DNA from: Candidatus Binatia bacterium
GTDB lineage: Bacteria; Desulfobacterota; Binatia; HRBIN30
Direction: 5' to 3'
Assembly (NCBI GenBank): GCA_038245295.1
Contig: JBBRSP010000035.1
Span: 1-60,818, forward strand
Length of the DNA stretch: 60,818 bases
Shown piece after piece: positions 1 through 9,433 of the stretch. Each line of letters begins with the position of its first letter. The stretch's first letter is position 1. The position numbers were made by a program, and so were the translations under genes. The notes below the pieces were generated by a model. It was not told where the DNA came from, made no database searches, and was given only the letters and a program-made list of their open reading frames with translations.

Positions 1-124
1 CAAAACATAGGCTCACCCTTCGACGGGCTCAGGGCGAGCGGACAAAATGTCTTTGAAAATCAACCAAGCACCCGCTCAGGCTGAGCCTGTCGAAGCCGGC
101 TCCGCAAGGTTTTGAGACAGCCTC
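1..124 (-). mobile_element. MITE family A (134-bp TIR element), truncated by the window edge
   Basis: Exact reverse complement of 60680-60803. Ends in TIR GTTTTGAGACAGCCTC, followed by TAAA and the right arm of a GTAG-REP (GCCTGCGCCTACC). Confidence 0.8.
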
Positions 125-189
125 TAAAGCCTGCGCCTACCAAGCTGCAGGCGGAGTGGAAACCGGTAGGCGCAGGCTTTAGCCTGCGG
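125..189. repeat. GTAG-type REP doublet (first copy interrupted by MITE A)
   Basis: TAAAGCCTGCGCCTACC (125-141) and inverted GGTAGGCGCAGGCTTTAGCCTGCGG (165-189). Confidence 0.8.
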
Positions 190-238
190 TCAGCTGACCG
201 TAAGTCGATCTGGGAAACCATGGGCAAAGAACGCGCGC

Positions 239-2779
239 TCAGTTGAGGCTCAACGTTCCCTGGTTGCCGTTGCCATCGACGACCCGGATGGCGCTCACTC
301 CGGCGAGATTCGCGTTGTCTAGAGTCCACACCGCACGGCCGCCCGAAATCGCGGGTGCGCCTGGATGCAAGTCGCGTGTCGAGCTGTCGGACAAGATCGC
401 TGTCAGTGTCGCGCCGCGCAGCGGGTTGGCGCCACGAGAATTCCCTTCGATGTCGATCAAACGGAAGCCCTTGGCGTGTGCGTCAATCGAGGCACTCAAG
501 CTTGCGCCGTCGAGATGCACAGTGACCTCGGCCGGCACCACCTCGAAGCTCGACGAGCTGAGCTCGTATGGCTGGCTGGGCCACGGCCATGTTTCGGCCC
601 CGCCCGTGTAGCGGTGGCCGAAAATGTGAAAGCGATATTCGCCGAGCGGCAGTCCGGCGCGGTTGATGACGTGCGAGACCGCTTGCCAACCCAGCCACCA
701 ATAGTGACGCTGCACGGCATCGGCCGGGAGTAGGGGGTTCGGCGTCGTCGCCAGCAAGATGTCGTGCATCGGAGAAGAGACGTCGCGTCCTGCTGCTGTG
801 TGGACGCGCTCCCAGGCGCCGGCACTGCTGCGCTTCTCGAGATAGACGAGCGGCAAGTCGACGCCCGGATCACCACCTTCCCACATCATCTGCACGATAT
901 CGTTGACACGCCGCACCTGTGGCGGTGGAGCGACCGCTGGTGCGAGCCCGCGCAGCGGAATCAGCATGTACGCCGGCGGCTCGGTAAGCGCTGTGCCGGC
1001 TGCTGGGGTGAGGTCGGGCGCCAGGTGTGGCAATGGCGCGTCAGGATAGATCGGGTCGGGATACGATCCCGGCGGGTCGGGTGGATCGGCGGCTTCGCTG
1101 CGCAACACCGCGGCACTGGCGTTGAGCAAACCTTCCATGATGTGTTCGCCCTGCAGCGGGCCCCAGATGTTGATGTTCGGCTCGTAGCCGCCCTGCAACC
1201 AATCCTCCGGGATGAGCAAATAGCCTTGGTGATCCTGCGCGTAGCCAATGGGCAGGGTATGCTTCATTCCCAACTCGGCGGCAGCACGACGACGGAATTG
1301 CTCGGTGTAGGTGGATGTCGGCTCGCCGGGGAAGAAGGCGAGCAGGGCGTCGTCGGTGACAATGTTGCCACCCGGCTCGAGGATCGGCAGCGGACCGATC
1401 CGGCTCGCCGTGACCTTGGCGCGCAAGCTTTCCGGTAACGGAACCTGCACGTTCTGCAGATTGAAGAACAGGGTGAAGATGCCGGCCAGGTCGCCGACTT
1501 CGGCGCACGATGCATAGGGGAAAACCGAACTGCCAATCGTGCGCACCGGTAGCGATGGTGTGGCGTCGCCGCAGAAGGCGCCGCCGGTGTTGGTGTTGAA
1601 CTCGTCGATCGGGTTACGCAATCGTCCCTGGTCGTCGTAGATCACGTCGTCCGAATGAAACTCTGGATCGGGATTGTACGGCGCGTACTGCAAGGTGGCG
1701 TAGTCGCGGTGCACGCGCAGCACATCGCGCTGTGTATCGAGGGATCGCGTAATACTTTCGATGCTGATGGGTTTGCTGCTGGTCGGCGTGTTGCGCCACA
1801 GATCGAAGATGGAGTCAGCGGCGATGTCACCGATTGATTCCATGCGCGCGAATAGATCGTCCACACCACGTGGCGATGCGTCGCCGCCGCCATGCTGCAT
1901 GAAGCCGACGACGACCGGCGCGTCGAATCGTTCGGCGACGGCAGCTTCGACATGGCCCGAGGCCTCGACACTCCAGAGTTGATTGTCGTCACCCGCCACC
2001 GTGCCGTGCATGGCGAAGGCGAAGAATAGTCCGAGCGGCTTGCCGGCGACTGTGTCGACGCGCAAGACGCTGAGGTACGGGTCCTTGTATGGCCCAACCG
2101 GGATGTCACTGAAGAAACGTGTGTCGTCGTTCTCGCCGCGGCGGTCGCCGTAAACTCGATCGTGTGGATCCCAGTCCGTGCGCTGCCCAATGCCGATCGC
2201 TACCGGCTCGCGATGCTGCCGCGCTTCGAGTGCCACAGTAGTGATACTGGCGACGAGACGCTCGAAGATCTCACGATTGAACTTGTCGCCGCCGAGGTAC
2301 CAGGTGATGCCCTGATCGAAGTTGGCGGGCAGGCTGTGGCTATGACTCGACGCCACCACGACCTTGCCGGTCAGGTCGTGCCCCACCGCGGCGCTCAAAC
2401 GCTGCGCCACGGCGTTGACCACGCCCTCGAACGTGTAGATCGCATCGACCTTCAGCAGCACCAATTCCTGCGAGCCATTCTCCAACCACATCGCCGCGAC
2501 ACGTGGCTGCGTCTGCACGCCGACCGATGGCGTGAACGCATCATGATAGGCGCCGTGACGCGCGTCGTAGCGGCCCTTGCCGCCGAAGCAGCGGCAGCGT
2601 GAGGTGAAACCACCAAGCGGCGTGCCGACGGGGAAGTCGAGGTAGCCCTCGGCCATGCCGGCAATCGGAGCGCCACGATCGGAGTTCGCCGCGCTGACGG
2701 CTTCGCCATCGTCCCCACATCCAGCCAGCAAGAATGCCATCCACACCAGGCCAAGGGTGCACCACATCGCTCTCTTCAT
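239..2779 (-). CDS. Neutral/alkaline ceramidase-family lipoprotein
   Basis: 846 aa. Lipobox LAGC, SHSHS metal motif, FAMHGT and GGGDASP motifs, PGEPT and GYAQDHQGY..GGYE segments typical of the ceramidase fold. Confidence 0.75.
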   Translation of the reverse strand: MKRAMWCTLGLVWMAFLLAGCGDDGEAVSAANSDRGAPIAGMAEGYLDFPVGTPLGGFTSRCRCFGGKGRYDARHGAYHDAFTPSVGVQTQPRVAAMWLENGSQELVLLKVDAIYTFEGVVNAVAQRLSAAVGHDLTGKVVVASSHSHSLPANFDQGITWYLGGDKFNREIFERLVASITTVALEARQHREPVAIGIGQRTDWDPHDRVYGDRRGENDDTRFFSDIPVGPYKDPYLSVLRVDTVAGKPLGLFFAFAMHGTVAGDDNQLWSVEASGHVEAAVAERFDAPVVVGFMQHGGGDASPRGVDDLFARMESIGDIAADSIFDLWRNTPTSSKPISIESITRSLDTQRDVLRVHRDYATLQYAPYNPDPEFHSDDVIYDDQGRLRNPIDEFNTNTGGAFCGDATPSLPVRTIGSSVFPYASCAEVGDLAGIFTLFFNLQNVQVPLPESLRAKVTASRIGPLPILEPGGNIVTDDALLAFFPGEPTSTYTEQFRRRAAAELGMKHTLPIGYAQDHQGYLLIPEDWLQGGYEPNINIWGPLQGEHIMEGLLNASAAVLRSEAADPPDPPGSYPDPIYPDAPLPHLAPDLTPAAGTALTEPPAYMLIPLRGLAPAVAPPPQVRRVNDIVQMMWEGGDPGVDLPLVYLEKRSSAGAWERVHTAAGRDVSSPMHDILLATTPNPLLPADAVQRHYWWLGWQAVSHVINRAGLPLGEYRFHIFGHRYTGGAETWPWPSQPYELSSSSFEVVPAEVTVHLDGASLSASIDAHAKGFRLIDIEGNSRGANPLRGATLTAILSDSSTRDLHPGAPAISGGRAVWTLDNANLAGVSAIRVVDGNGNQGTLSLN

Positions 2780-2994
2780 GGCGGCGCTCTTACGCCGGTC
2801 GGAAGGACGCGGTCAAGGTAATACAAGGCGGAGTCGGGCTGCCCCCAACCCCGCGGTCGATGGATGACACGTCAACTGTAGGCCGATCCACAGGAGTCGG
2901 CGTGAGGGCACGCCGGCTCCGTTCCTCGAAATGTACCGATGACGTCGTCGCCCGTTGACTCCGTCACTACCTGGATGCTTGTAAGGACGCCCAC

Positions 2995-3083
2995 GGAGAG
3001 GTGGCCGAGTGGCCGAAGGCGCACGCTTGGAAAGCGTGTATACCCAAAAGGTATCGTGGGTTCGAATCCCACCCTCTCCGCCA
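2995..3083 (+). tRNA. tRNA-Ser(GGA)
   Basis: GGAGAGG/CCTCTCC acceptor stem, anticodon arm CACGC-TTGGAAA-GCGTG, long variable arm, GGTTCGAATCC T-loop, encoded CCA. Confidence 0.97.
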
Positions 3084-3085
3084 TG

Positions 3086-3300
3086 TGGCCATTTGGTCAT
3101 TTGGTCGTTTGTTGGGTGAGCATGGGAGGTTCTGGTTCATCGGCAAGGGTTTTTACCATTGGCTCTGGTGGATCGACTTCGACAGCGGTAGAGAATCGCG
3201 GGTCGGACGAATAGGCAAGCGGCAAACGCCAAGCGAGTCAAATGAAGACATGGCCAAAAGGCCAAATGATCAGATGACCAAAAGGCCAAAAGGCCAAATG
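3086..3300. repeat. Inverted arrays of degenerate 8-bp repeats (TTTGGYCA ... TGRCCAAA)
   Basis: TGGCCATTTGGTCATTTGGTCG at 3086-3107, mirrored by GGCCAAAAGGCCAAATGATCAGATGACCAAAAGGCCAAAAGGCCAAATG ending at 3300. Confidence 0.65.
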
Positions 3301-3312
3301 CAGGAGGGTGGT

Positions 3313-3428
3313 CAGAGTTGATAGCTAGGTCCCGCGCAAGAGAACGTCGCGAACCCCGTCAGGTCCGGAAGGAAGCAGCGGTACCGAATGTTTCTCTGTG
3401 CCGCGGGGAAACCTAGCTATCAACTCTG
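3313..3428 (+). ncRNA. ffs: Small SRP RNA (4.5S)
   Basis: Core AACCCCGTCAGGTCCGGAAGGAAGCAGCGGT. Closing helix CAGAGTTGATAGCTAGG/CCTAGCTATCAACTCTG. Canonical position upstream of dnaX. Confidence 0.95.
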
Positions 3429-3447
3429 CCCGTCCGCTCATCGGGCC

Positions 3448-3560
3448 GTTTGGCAATTTGGCGGTTTGGTTGTGGCGAGTGGAGAGACCCAGCCGCCAGA
3501 CATGGCAAGATGGCAAAATGGCAAAATGGCCAACCGGCAAGATGACCAAATGACCAAATG
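3448..3560. repeat. Second inverted array of 8-bp repeats, ending in the dnaX start codon
   Basis: TTTGGCAATTTGGCGGTTTGG ... ATGGCAAGATGGCAAAATGGCAAAATGGCCAACCGGCAAGATGACCAAATGACCAAATG. Confidence 0.65.
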
Positions 3561-5291
3561 AGCTACCTCGTCCTGGCGCGTAAGTGGCGTCCGCAGACCT
3601 TCGAAGAAATCGTCGGCCAACAACACGTCAGCCAGACGCTGACCAACGCCATCCGCGGCAACCGCGTGGCGCATGCCTTTCTGTTCACCGGCGTGCGTGG
3701 CGTCGGTAAGACGACCGCCGCTCGTATTCTCGCCAAGGCGCTCAATTGCGAGAAGGGGCCAACACCCGAACCGTGCAACGTCTGCACGAACTGCGTCGAA
3801 ATCACCAACGGCAACGCCGTCGATGTCCTCGAAGTCGATGGCGCCTCCAATACCGGCGTCGACGACGTGCGCGAGATCATCGAGAACGTCCGCTACCAAC
3901 CGGCCAAGAGCCGCTTCAAGATCTACATCATTGACGAAGTGCACATGTTGTCCACCAGCGCCTTCAACGCGTTGCTCAAGACGCTCGAAGAGCCGCCGGC
4001 GCACGTGAAGTTCATCTTCGCCACCACCGATCCCCACAAGGTGCCGCACACCATCCACTCGCGGTGTCAGCGCTACGACTTCAAGCGCATCTCGTATCAA
4101 GAGGTGTCGAAGTGGTTGCAGCACATCGCCCACAGCGAAGGCATCGAGATCAGCGACCACGCCCTTTTCCTGATTGCCCGGGAAGGCGAGGGCAGCATGC
4201 GCGACGCGCAGTCGCTGTTCGATCAGGTGATCGCCTATGCCGGCAAGACGATTAGCGATGCCGATGTGACCGGCGCGCTCGGCCTCGCCGATCGCAAGCA
4301 ACTGTACGCCGTCGGCGCCGCCATCGCCGAACGTAATCCCGGCGCCGCCGTGGCATTGCTCGATGACCTGCATCAGTTCGGCTACGACCTGCGACGCTTC
4401 GCCCGCGAGTTGCTCGAGCACATGCGTAATCTGGCCGTGGCGCGTGTTGTCGCGACAGACGACATCTTGTCGGACCTGCCCGAAGAGGAACGCAAGGAAG
4501 TTCGGCGCCAGGCCGAACGCATGAGCCAGGAAGACATTGACCGCGCCTTCCGTCTGCTGATCGAAGCCGAAGCCGAAGTCGGCCGTGTTCCGTTTCCCAA
4601 GCTGCTTCTCGAGATGACACTCATCAAGCTGACGACGCTGATGCCGATCGAGCCGATCGGCGCCCTGCTGGAGCGTGTCGAAGAGCTCAGCCGCCAGATC
4701 TCCTCGGGGCAAGTGGCGCCGCGCAGCGCGACGTCACCTGCCGCGCCGCCGTCGCGCGCACCAACACCGCCGAGTCCGTCCGCACCCACGTCGCCGCGCA
4801 GCCCCGACAAGCATGTGGCATCCGCACCAACACCCGGTCGTGCCGCCACCAGTACGGCGGGGTTGATGAAAGAGGTCGCGGCACCCGCCAAGCCGAACGC
4901 GGCGAAGGGCGGCGGTTGGGGTGAGTTCCTCTCATTTGTGACGCGCGAACGCGTGCTGCTGCTGCCGTATCTTCAAGCCTGTGACGGTCCGCGTCTTGAG
5001 GGAGACGAAGTTGTGCTGCGTGTGGCGCCCGGGCACATGTTCGATTTCTTGTCCGATCGGGCCCGCGCCCAGGGTGTCGAGGACCTGCTCAGCCGCTTCA
5101 TGGGGCACCCGATGCGAGTCTCTGTCGAAGCCGCCGCGCCACCACCTCCCGCCGAGTCGGCTGCCGACAAGGATGTCGATTTAGAGAAGGTTGCGTTGGC
5201 TCATCCCAAGGTGCAGGCTGCCTTGAAGGAGCTCGGCGGCGAAGTGCACGAGGTGCGCTCGCGTCCGCGCAAAGGGAAGGGAAGCGAATGA
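3558..5291 (+). CDS. dnaX: DNA polymerase III subunit gamma/tau
   Basis: MSYLVLARKWRPQTF, Walker A GVRGVGKTT, Zn-binding cysteines, DEVHML, SRC motif. Confidence 0.98.
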   Translation: MSYLVLARKWRPQTFEEIVGQQHVSQTLTNAIRGNRVAHAFLFTGVRGVGKTTAARILAKALNCEKGPTPEPCNVCTNCVEITNGNAVDVLEVDGASNTGVDDVREIIENVRYQPAKSRFKIYIIDEVHMLSTSAFNALLKTLEEPPAHVKFIFATTDPHKVPHTIHSRCQRYDFKRISYQEVSKWLQHIAHSEGIEISDHALFLIAREGEGSMRDAQSLFDQVIAYAGKTISDADVTGALGLADRKQLYAVGAAIAERNPGAAVALLDDLHQFGYDLRRFARELLEHMRNLAVARVVATDDILSDLPEEERKEVRRQAERMSQEDIDRAFRLLIEAEAEVGRVPFPKLLLEMTLIKLTTLMPIEPIGALLERVEELSRQISSGQVAPRSATSPAAPPSRAPTPPSPSAPTSPRSPDKHVASAPTPGRAATSTAGLMKEVAAPAKPNAAKGGGWGEFLSFVTRERVLLLPYLQACDGPRLEGDEVVLRVAPGHMFDFLSDRARAQGVEDLLSRFMGHPMRVSVEAAAPPPPAESAADKDVDLEKVALAHPKVQAALKELGGEVHEVRSRPRKGKGSE

Positions 5292-5605
5292 GCAAAGGAA
5301 TCGGAGACATCCTCAAGCAGGCGCAGGATCTACAGGAGCGCCTCGGCAAGATTCAGGAAGAGGCGGCGCTGAAGACGGTCGAGGCCTCGGCCGGCGGCGG
5401 CATGGTGACGGCCGTCATGACCGGTCGCCTCGAGCTACGCAGCTTGCGCATCGAGCCCGAGGTGATCAAAGGCGGCGACGCCGAGATGCTGCAGGACCTC
5501 GTTCTGGCGGCGGTCAATCAAGCCATCCGCAACGCCCAGCAGATGATGGCCGAGGAGATGAAGAAGGTCACAGGCGGTCTGAGTCTGCCCGGATTGAATC
5601 TTTGA
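5288..5605 (+). CDS. ybaB: YbaB/EbfC nucleoid-associated protein
   Basis: 105 aa, SAGGGMV and D.EMLQDLV.AA.N motifs, located between dnaX and recR. Confidence 0.95.
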   Translation: MSKGIGDILKQAQDLQERLGKIQEEAALKTVEASAGGGMVTAVMTGRLELRSLRIEPEVIKGGDAEMLQDLVLAAVNQAIRNAQQMMAEEMKKVTGGLSLPGLNL

Positions 5606-5606
5606 A

Positions 5607-6206
5607 ATGTCGGTAATGCCCGCGCCCATGCAGCGCCTGATCCAGGAGCTGACGAAATTGCCCGGCATCGGTGAAAAGACCGCAACCCGGCTTGCCTATC
5701 ACTTCCTGCGCACCGATCGGCGTGACGTCGAGTTGCTCTCCCATGCGCTGGTGGCCATGCGCGATGGCACCAAGCTGTGTTCGGTCTGTCTCGGCCTCAC
5801 CGCCGACGATCCGTGTCCCATCTGCAGTAACACCCAGCGTGACACGCACGCCGTTTGTGTCGTCGAGAGGCCGTCGGATCTCGTCGCCCTCGAACGCTCG
5901 GGCGGCTATCGCGGTCGTTACCATGTGTTGCACGGTTGTCTGGCGCCGCTCGATGGCATTGGCCCGGAGCAACTGCGCATCGCCGAGTTGCTGCAGCGCC
6001 TTCGGAGCGGGGAAATCCAGGAAGTTGTTCTTGCCACCAATCCAACGGTCGAAGGCGAAGCGACGGCGATGTATCTGGCCAAACTGATCAAGCCGCTCGG
6101 TCCGCGCGTCACCCGCATTGCCTACGGTTTGCCGATGGGCTCCGACGTCGAATACGCGGATTCCCTCACCCTTGGCCGCGCCCTCGAGGGCCGGCGCGAT
6201 ATGTAG
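5607..6206 (+). CDS. recR: Recombination mediator RecR
   Basis: LPGIGEKTA HhH, C4 zinc finger, Toprim ATNPTVEGEATA. Confidence 0.98.
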   Translation: MSVMPAPMQRLIQELTKLPGIGEKTATRLAYHFLRTDRRDVELLSHALVAMRDGTKLCSVCLGLTADDPCPICSNTQRDTHAVCVVERPSDLVALERSGGYRGRYHVLHGCLAPLDGIGPEQLRIAELLQRLRSGEIQEVVLATNPTVEGEATAMYLAKLIKPLGPRVTRIAYGLPMGSDVEYADSLTLGRALEGRRDM

Positions 6207-6223
6207 CAAGGCGTTTACGCACG

Positions 6224-7540
6224 ATGCCGATGCAGTTCGAGTTGGATTATGGCCGCACGGCCTTACCCGTTAGTATACCCGACACACTCAACGTCTCTGT
6301 CGTCGAGCCACCCAACGGTCGGCCGATCGGCGATCCAACGTCGGCTTTACAGGCCGCGATCGAAGCACCGATCGAGACGCGACCACTCGCTGAGCTGGCG
6401 CGCGGGCGCCGTAGCGCCGCGGTGGTGATCTCCGACAAGACGCGCCCGGTTCCCAATGGTCTGACCCTACCGGTGATTTTGCGCACGCTCGAAGCCTCGG
6501 GGATCGCGCGCGATGCGATCGAGATCGTTGTGGCCACCGGTCTGCATCGCCCGAACACGCCGGAGGAGTTGCGCGAGATGACCAGCCCGGAGTTGGTCGC
6601 GAACTACCGTTTCCGCAACCATGTCGCTCGCAACGCCGACCAGCACCGTCACCTCGGGCGCACCGCCCGTGGCACCGAGATCTGGATCGACAGTGGTTTT
6701 CTCGACGCCGAGCTGAAAGTCGTCACCGGCTTGATCGAACCACATCTGATGGCCGGCTTCTCGGGCGGTCGCAAAGCGGTTGCCCCGGGGCTGGCCGCTG
6801 TGGCGACAATGCACAGCGCCCACGGGGCACGTATGCTGGAAGACAACATCGGCCCGGGGATCATCGACGGCAATCCGTTTCACGCCGACCTGATGGAAAT
6901 TGCGGCGCGTGTCGGTGTCGATTTCATGCTCGATGTCTCGATCGACCGCCAGCGTCGACTCACCGGGGTCTTCGCCGGCGACATCGTCGCAGCACACGCA
7001 GCCGGGATGGCGGCGGTCGAAAAGCAGGTGCGTGTCGATCTCGATGCGGCGGCCGATGTCGTCATCACGTCGGCGGGTGGCTACCCGCTCGACCAGACCT
7101 TCTACCAGGCCATCAAAGGCCTCACCGGCGCGCTCAACGTCGTTCGTAAAGGCGGCACGATCATCCTGGCGGCGGAGATCAGCGAAGGGCTCGGCGGTCA
7201 GGAGTTCCAGGACCTCCTGCGCACCGTAGAGACCGACGCCGACCTCATGGTGCGGCTACTGGCACCGGGATTCTTCCGTATCGATCAATGGATGGTCCAG
7301 CACCTGTGCCAAGTGTTGCGCAAGGCCCATGTCGTGCTCGTCTCAGGCAATTTACCACTCGCCGCGCTCGATAAGCGCCTGGTCGACCGTGCCTCGAGTG
7401 TCGAAGCTGCCGTTCGTGAAACACTGCAGCGCTACGGCCGCAGCGCGCACGTAGCCGTCATCCCGCAAGGTCCCTATGCCCTGGGGACGGTGCGTGGTCG
7501 GAAACTCTCGCTCGGCAAAGCCTGGATGGACGCGGCCTGA
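6224..7540 (+). CDS. larA: Nickel-pincer-dependent lactate racemase family protein (LarA homologue)
   Basis: DKTRP, ATGLHR, EPHLMAGFSGGRK and YQAIKG motifs. Start chosen at ATG 6224, downstream of the recR stop. Confidence 0.85.
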   Translation: MPMQFELDYGRTALPVSIPDTLNVSVVEPPNGRPIGDPTSALQAAIEAPIETRPLAELARGRRSAAVVISDKTRPVPNGLTLPVILRTLEASGIARDAIEIVVATGLHRPNTPEELREMTSPELVANYRFRNHVARNADQHRHLGRTARGTEIWIDSGFLDAELKVVTGLIEPHLMAGFSGGRKAVAPGLAAVATMHSAHGARMLEDNIGPGIIDGNPFHADLMEIAARVGVDFMLDVSIDRQRRLTGVFAGDIVAAHAAGMAAVEKQVRVDLDAAADVVITSAGGYPLDQTFYQAIKGLTGALNVVRKGGTIILAAEISEGLGGQEFQDLLRTVETDADLMVRLLAPGFFRIDQWMVQHLCQVLRKAHVVLVSGNLPLAALDKRLVDRASSVEAAVRETLQRYGRSAHVAVIPQGPYALGTVRGRKLSLGKAWMDAA

Positions 7541-7580
7541 TCATTTGGCGGGCGTCATCTAAAGTAGCAGCAACATACGT

Positions 7581-7604
7581 CGCAGGCTGAAGCCTGCGCC
7601 TACC
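7581..7604 (-). repeat. GTAG-type REP overlapping the stop codon of the AAC(3)-family gene
   Basis: CGCAGGCTGAAGCCTGCGCCTACC. Confidence 0.8.
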
Positions 7605-8400
7605 TCCGCCGCGCCGCTTCACGCTTGCGGCCACAATTGACGCACTGCGGATCGTCGCAGGCGAAGAACCCCGGATCTCCCTCCAGGGCTTGGGTGGCAA
7701 GGTTGACGAGGTAACGGATCGACACCTTGCGCGCTTCTCCATTTGGCAGTGCCACACGTTTGACCTGCGTCGGGTTCCACAACGACTCGAGACGATCGAA
7801 GGCGCGGCTGCAACCAGGGAAGTTCTCGACGACAACGCGTTCTTCGTAGCCACCGGCGTTGATGCGCAGCGCCGTGGTGCGACCCAGGTAGCGCACCGTC
7901 GCTTGCTCTTCGGCGAGGTGAATCGCGGTGACGCTCGACAGCGGTGTTTCCATCGTCAGCATGTGACCCATCATGACGTTCAGCTTCTTGAGCGGCCCGA
8001 GCGGATTGTTGTCGCGGTGGGTGGCCAGGACATCGCGCGCGGCGCGGCCCCAGGCTGCGAACGAGTGTGTCGGATGCTGGCTGCGGAGGACCCCGGGAAG
8101 CCGCCGGAATGCCTCTGGGATGGGCCCGAGCGTCGGCGTTACCGGCAGGTCGGTATGAAAAGCCACCGGGCGGGAGCGCGGCGGTGTACCCGGCGTGACC
8201 GGCCGGCTGATCGTTTCCTCTTGTGTGAACGTCGGCATCACCAGCGTGCCATTCTCGCCGATCGACTCCATGAGGGCTTGGCAAACGGCCAACGCGCCGC
8301 CTTCCATCGGTTCGACACTGGCCATCGAGGCGTGCACGACGATGTGGTTGCTGCGTAAGGCCAGCGGTTCGAGAAGTTGTCGCAGCTCGGCGCGCGTCAT
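7600..8400 (-). CDS. AAC(3)/Antibiotic_NAT family N-acetyltransferase
   Basis: VVHAS, GTLVMPTF, G.IPE.FR, RSQHPTHSFAAWG, HLAE and C-terminal CxxxxCxxC. Confidence 0.85.
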   Translation of the reverse strand: MTRAELRQLLEPLALRSNHIVVHASMASVEPMEGGALAVCQALMESIGENGTLVMPTFTQEETISRPVTPGTPPRSRPVAFHTDLPVTPTLGPIPEAFRRLPGVLRSQHPTHSFAAWGRAARDVLATHRDNNPLGPLKKLNVMMGHMLTMETPLSSVTAIHLAEEQATVRYLGRTTALRINAGGYEERVVVENFPGCSRAFDRLESLWNPTQVKRVALPNGEARKVSIRYLVNLATQALEGDPGFFACDDPQCVNCGRKREAARRR

Positions 8401-9305
8401 GATTGGGTCCGTCCGTTCAGGTCATCGGCTGCAAGGCGTAGGCGCTGCAACGTTTCGTTTGCTCTCTGGCGCCGCACGAACATCAGTCCGGCGGCTGGGC
8501 TCAAGTGCAGCTCATCCAATCCGTAGCGCCGCAGTAACGGCTCGATCCGCCGACACAACTTATCGACAGTTTCGACCTCGGCGGCGTGGGGATCGGCGAT
8601 TCCCAGCACCAGCGTCTTGCTGGTCCCCGTTGCCTCGATGAGTTCGAGCAATCCGGGGCTGCTGGCGACGTCGAGGACGAGCATGTCGGTGGGCAATGAA
8701 TTCAGCTCGGCGTACATCGGTTGGGCATTGGCATAGGGTAGGGCGATGGCCATATCGGCTTTGCCACGCGCCGCCCACAGAGGTTCAAGGATGCGCCGCG
8801 CTAGACGTATATCTTCCGGGTGTTCTGCGAGCAGTGGTTCGTGGACCTGAATCAGCGGCGTCCCGGCCTTCGCCAGTTCCTCGACTTCGGTTGTGATGAC
8901 GGTACTCCAGGCCTCGGCAAGTGTCACCAACGATGCCGTGGGTTGCTGGCTTTGAATGAGCCGTGCCAGGGAGTAGGGTCCGGCAAGCAACGCCTTCACT
9001 GGCCGCTTGGCAACCCTGTGGGCATGCACGAAGTCGCGCATCGCGAACGGGTCGTTGTGGTGCAGTGTGCCGGTGATACGTGCGCTCGGGAGGAGGACCG
9101 GATACGAGCCGTAGGCCATGGCCAATCCGGTCTCGACACCGCCCGCCGAGTACAAGGCTGCCGCCAATGGATCCGACCAATTGATCAGACCATCGGTGAC
9201 GATGTCGGCCCCGGAGCTCTCCTGGTCGCCTATGACCTCGTCGAGCGCCACGCTGCCACTGTCGTTTGGCGGGTAGCCACTATGATTTTGAACCAAAAAC
9301 TTCAT
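8397..9305 (-). CDS. Cobalamin-independent methionine synthase-like single barrel lacking Zn ligands
   Basis: GADIVTDG..W.D, K..L.GPYSL and QVHEP (cf. QIDEP). No HxC motif, and PAAG replaces PxCG. Confidence 0.7.
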   Translation of the reverse strand: MKFLVQNHSGYPPNDSGSVALDEVIGDQESSGADIVTDGLINWSDPLAAALYSAGGVETGLAMAYGSYPVLLPSARITGTLHHNDPFAMRDFVHAHRVAKRPVKALLAGPYSLARLIQSQQPTASLVTLAEAWSTVITTEVEELAKAGTPLIQVHEPLLAEHPEDIRLARRILEPLWAARGKADMAIALPYANAQPMYAELNSLPTDMLVLDVASSPGLLELIEATGTSKTLVLGIADPHAAEVETVDKLCRRIEPLLRRYGLDELHLSPAAGLMFVRRQRANETLQRLRLAADDLNGRTQS

Positions 9306-9415
9306 TGCTGCGGGCGCACCATAACGGCGGGTCCTGTGGGCGACAAGAAGGCCGCCATCTGTGATGTTTGGGATATGGAAGCCAGCGTTGCACCTAATGC
9401 CGCAGCAACACACAT

Positions 9416-9433
9416 CGCAGGCTTTAGCCTGCG
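9416..9433. repeat. REP hairpin overlapping the glgB 3' end
   Basis: CGCAGGCTTTAGCCTGCG. The loop supplies the TAA stop of glgB. Confidence 0.7.

Noticed and set aside
2995..3083. tRNA-anchored genomic island
   Set aside because: No integrase and no duplicated tRNA 3' end were seen. The tRNA-ffs-dnaX order is intact.
3086..3560. CRISPR array
   Set aside because: Units are 8 bp, degenerate and lack unique spacers. No cas genes are present.
5855..6223. N-terminal extension of LarA
   Set aside because: It overlaps recR in another frame. LarA similarity starts at about 6224.
7600..8400. Acquired aminoglycoside resistance gene
   Set aside because: It is a divergent chromosomal family member with no mobile context. 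The substrate cannot be inferred from the sequence.
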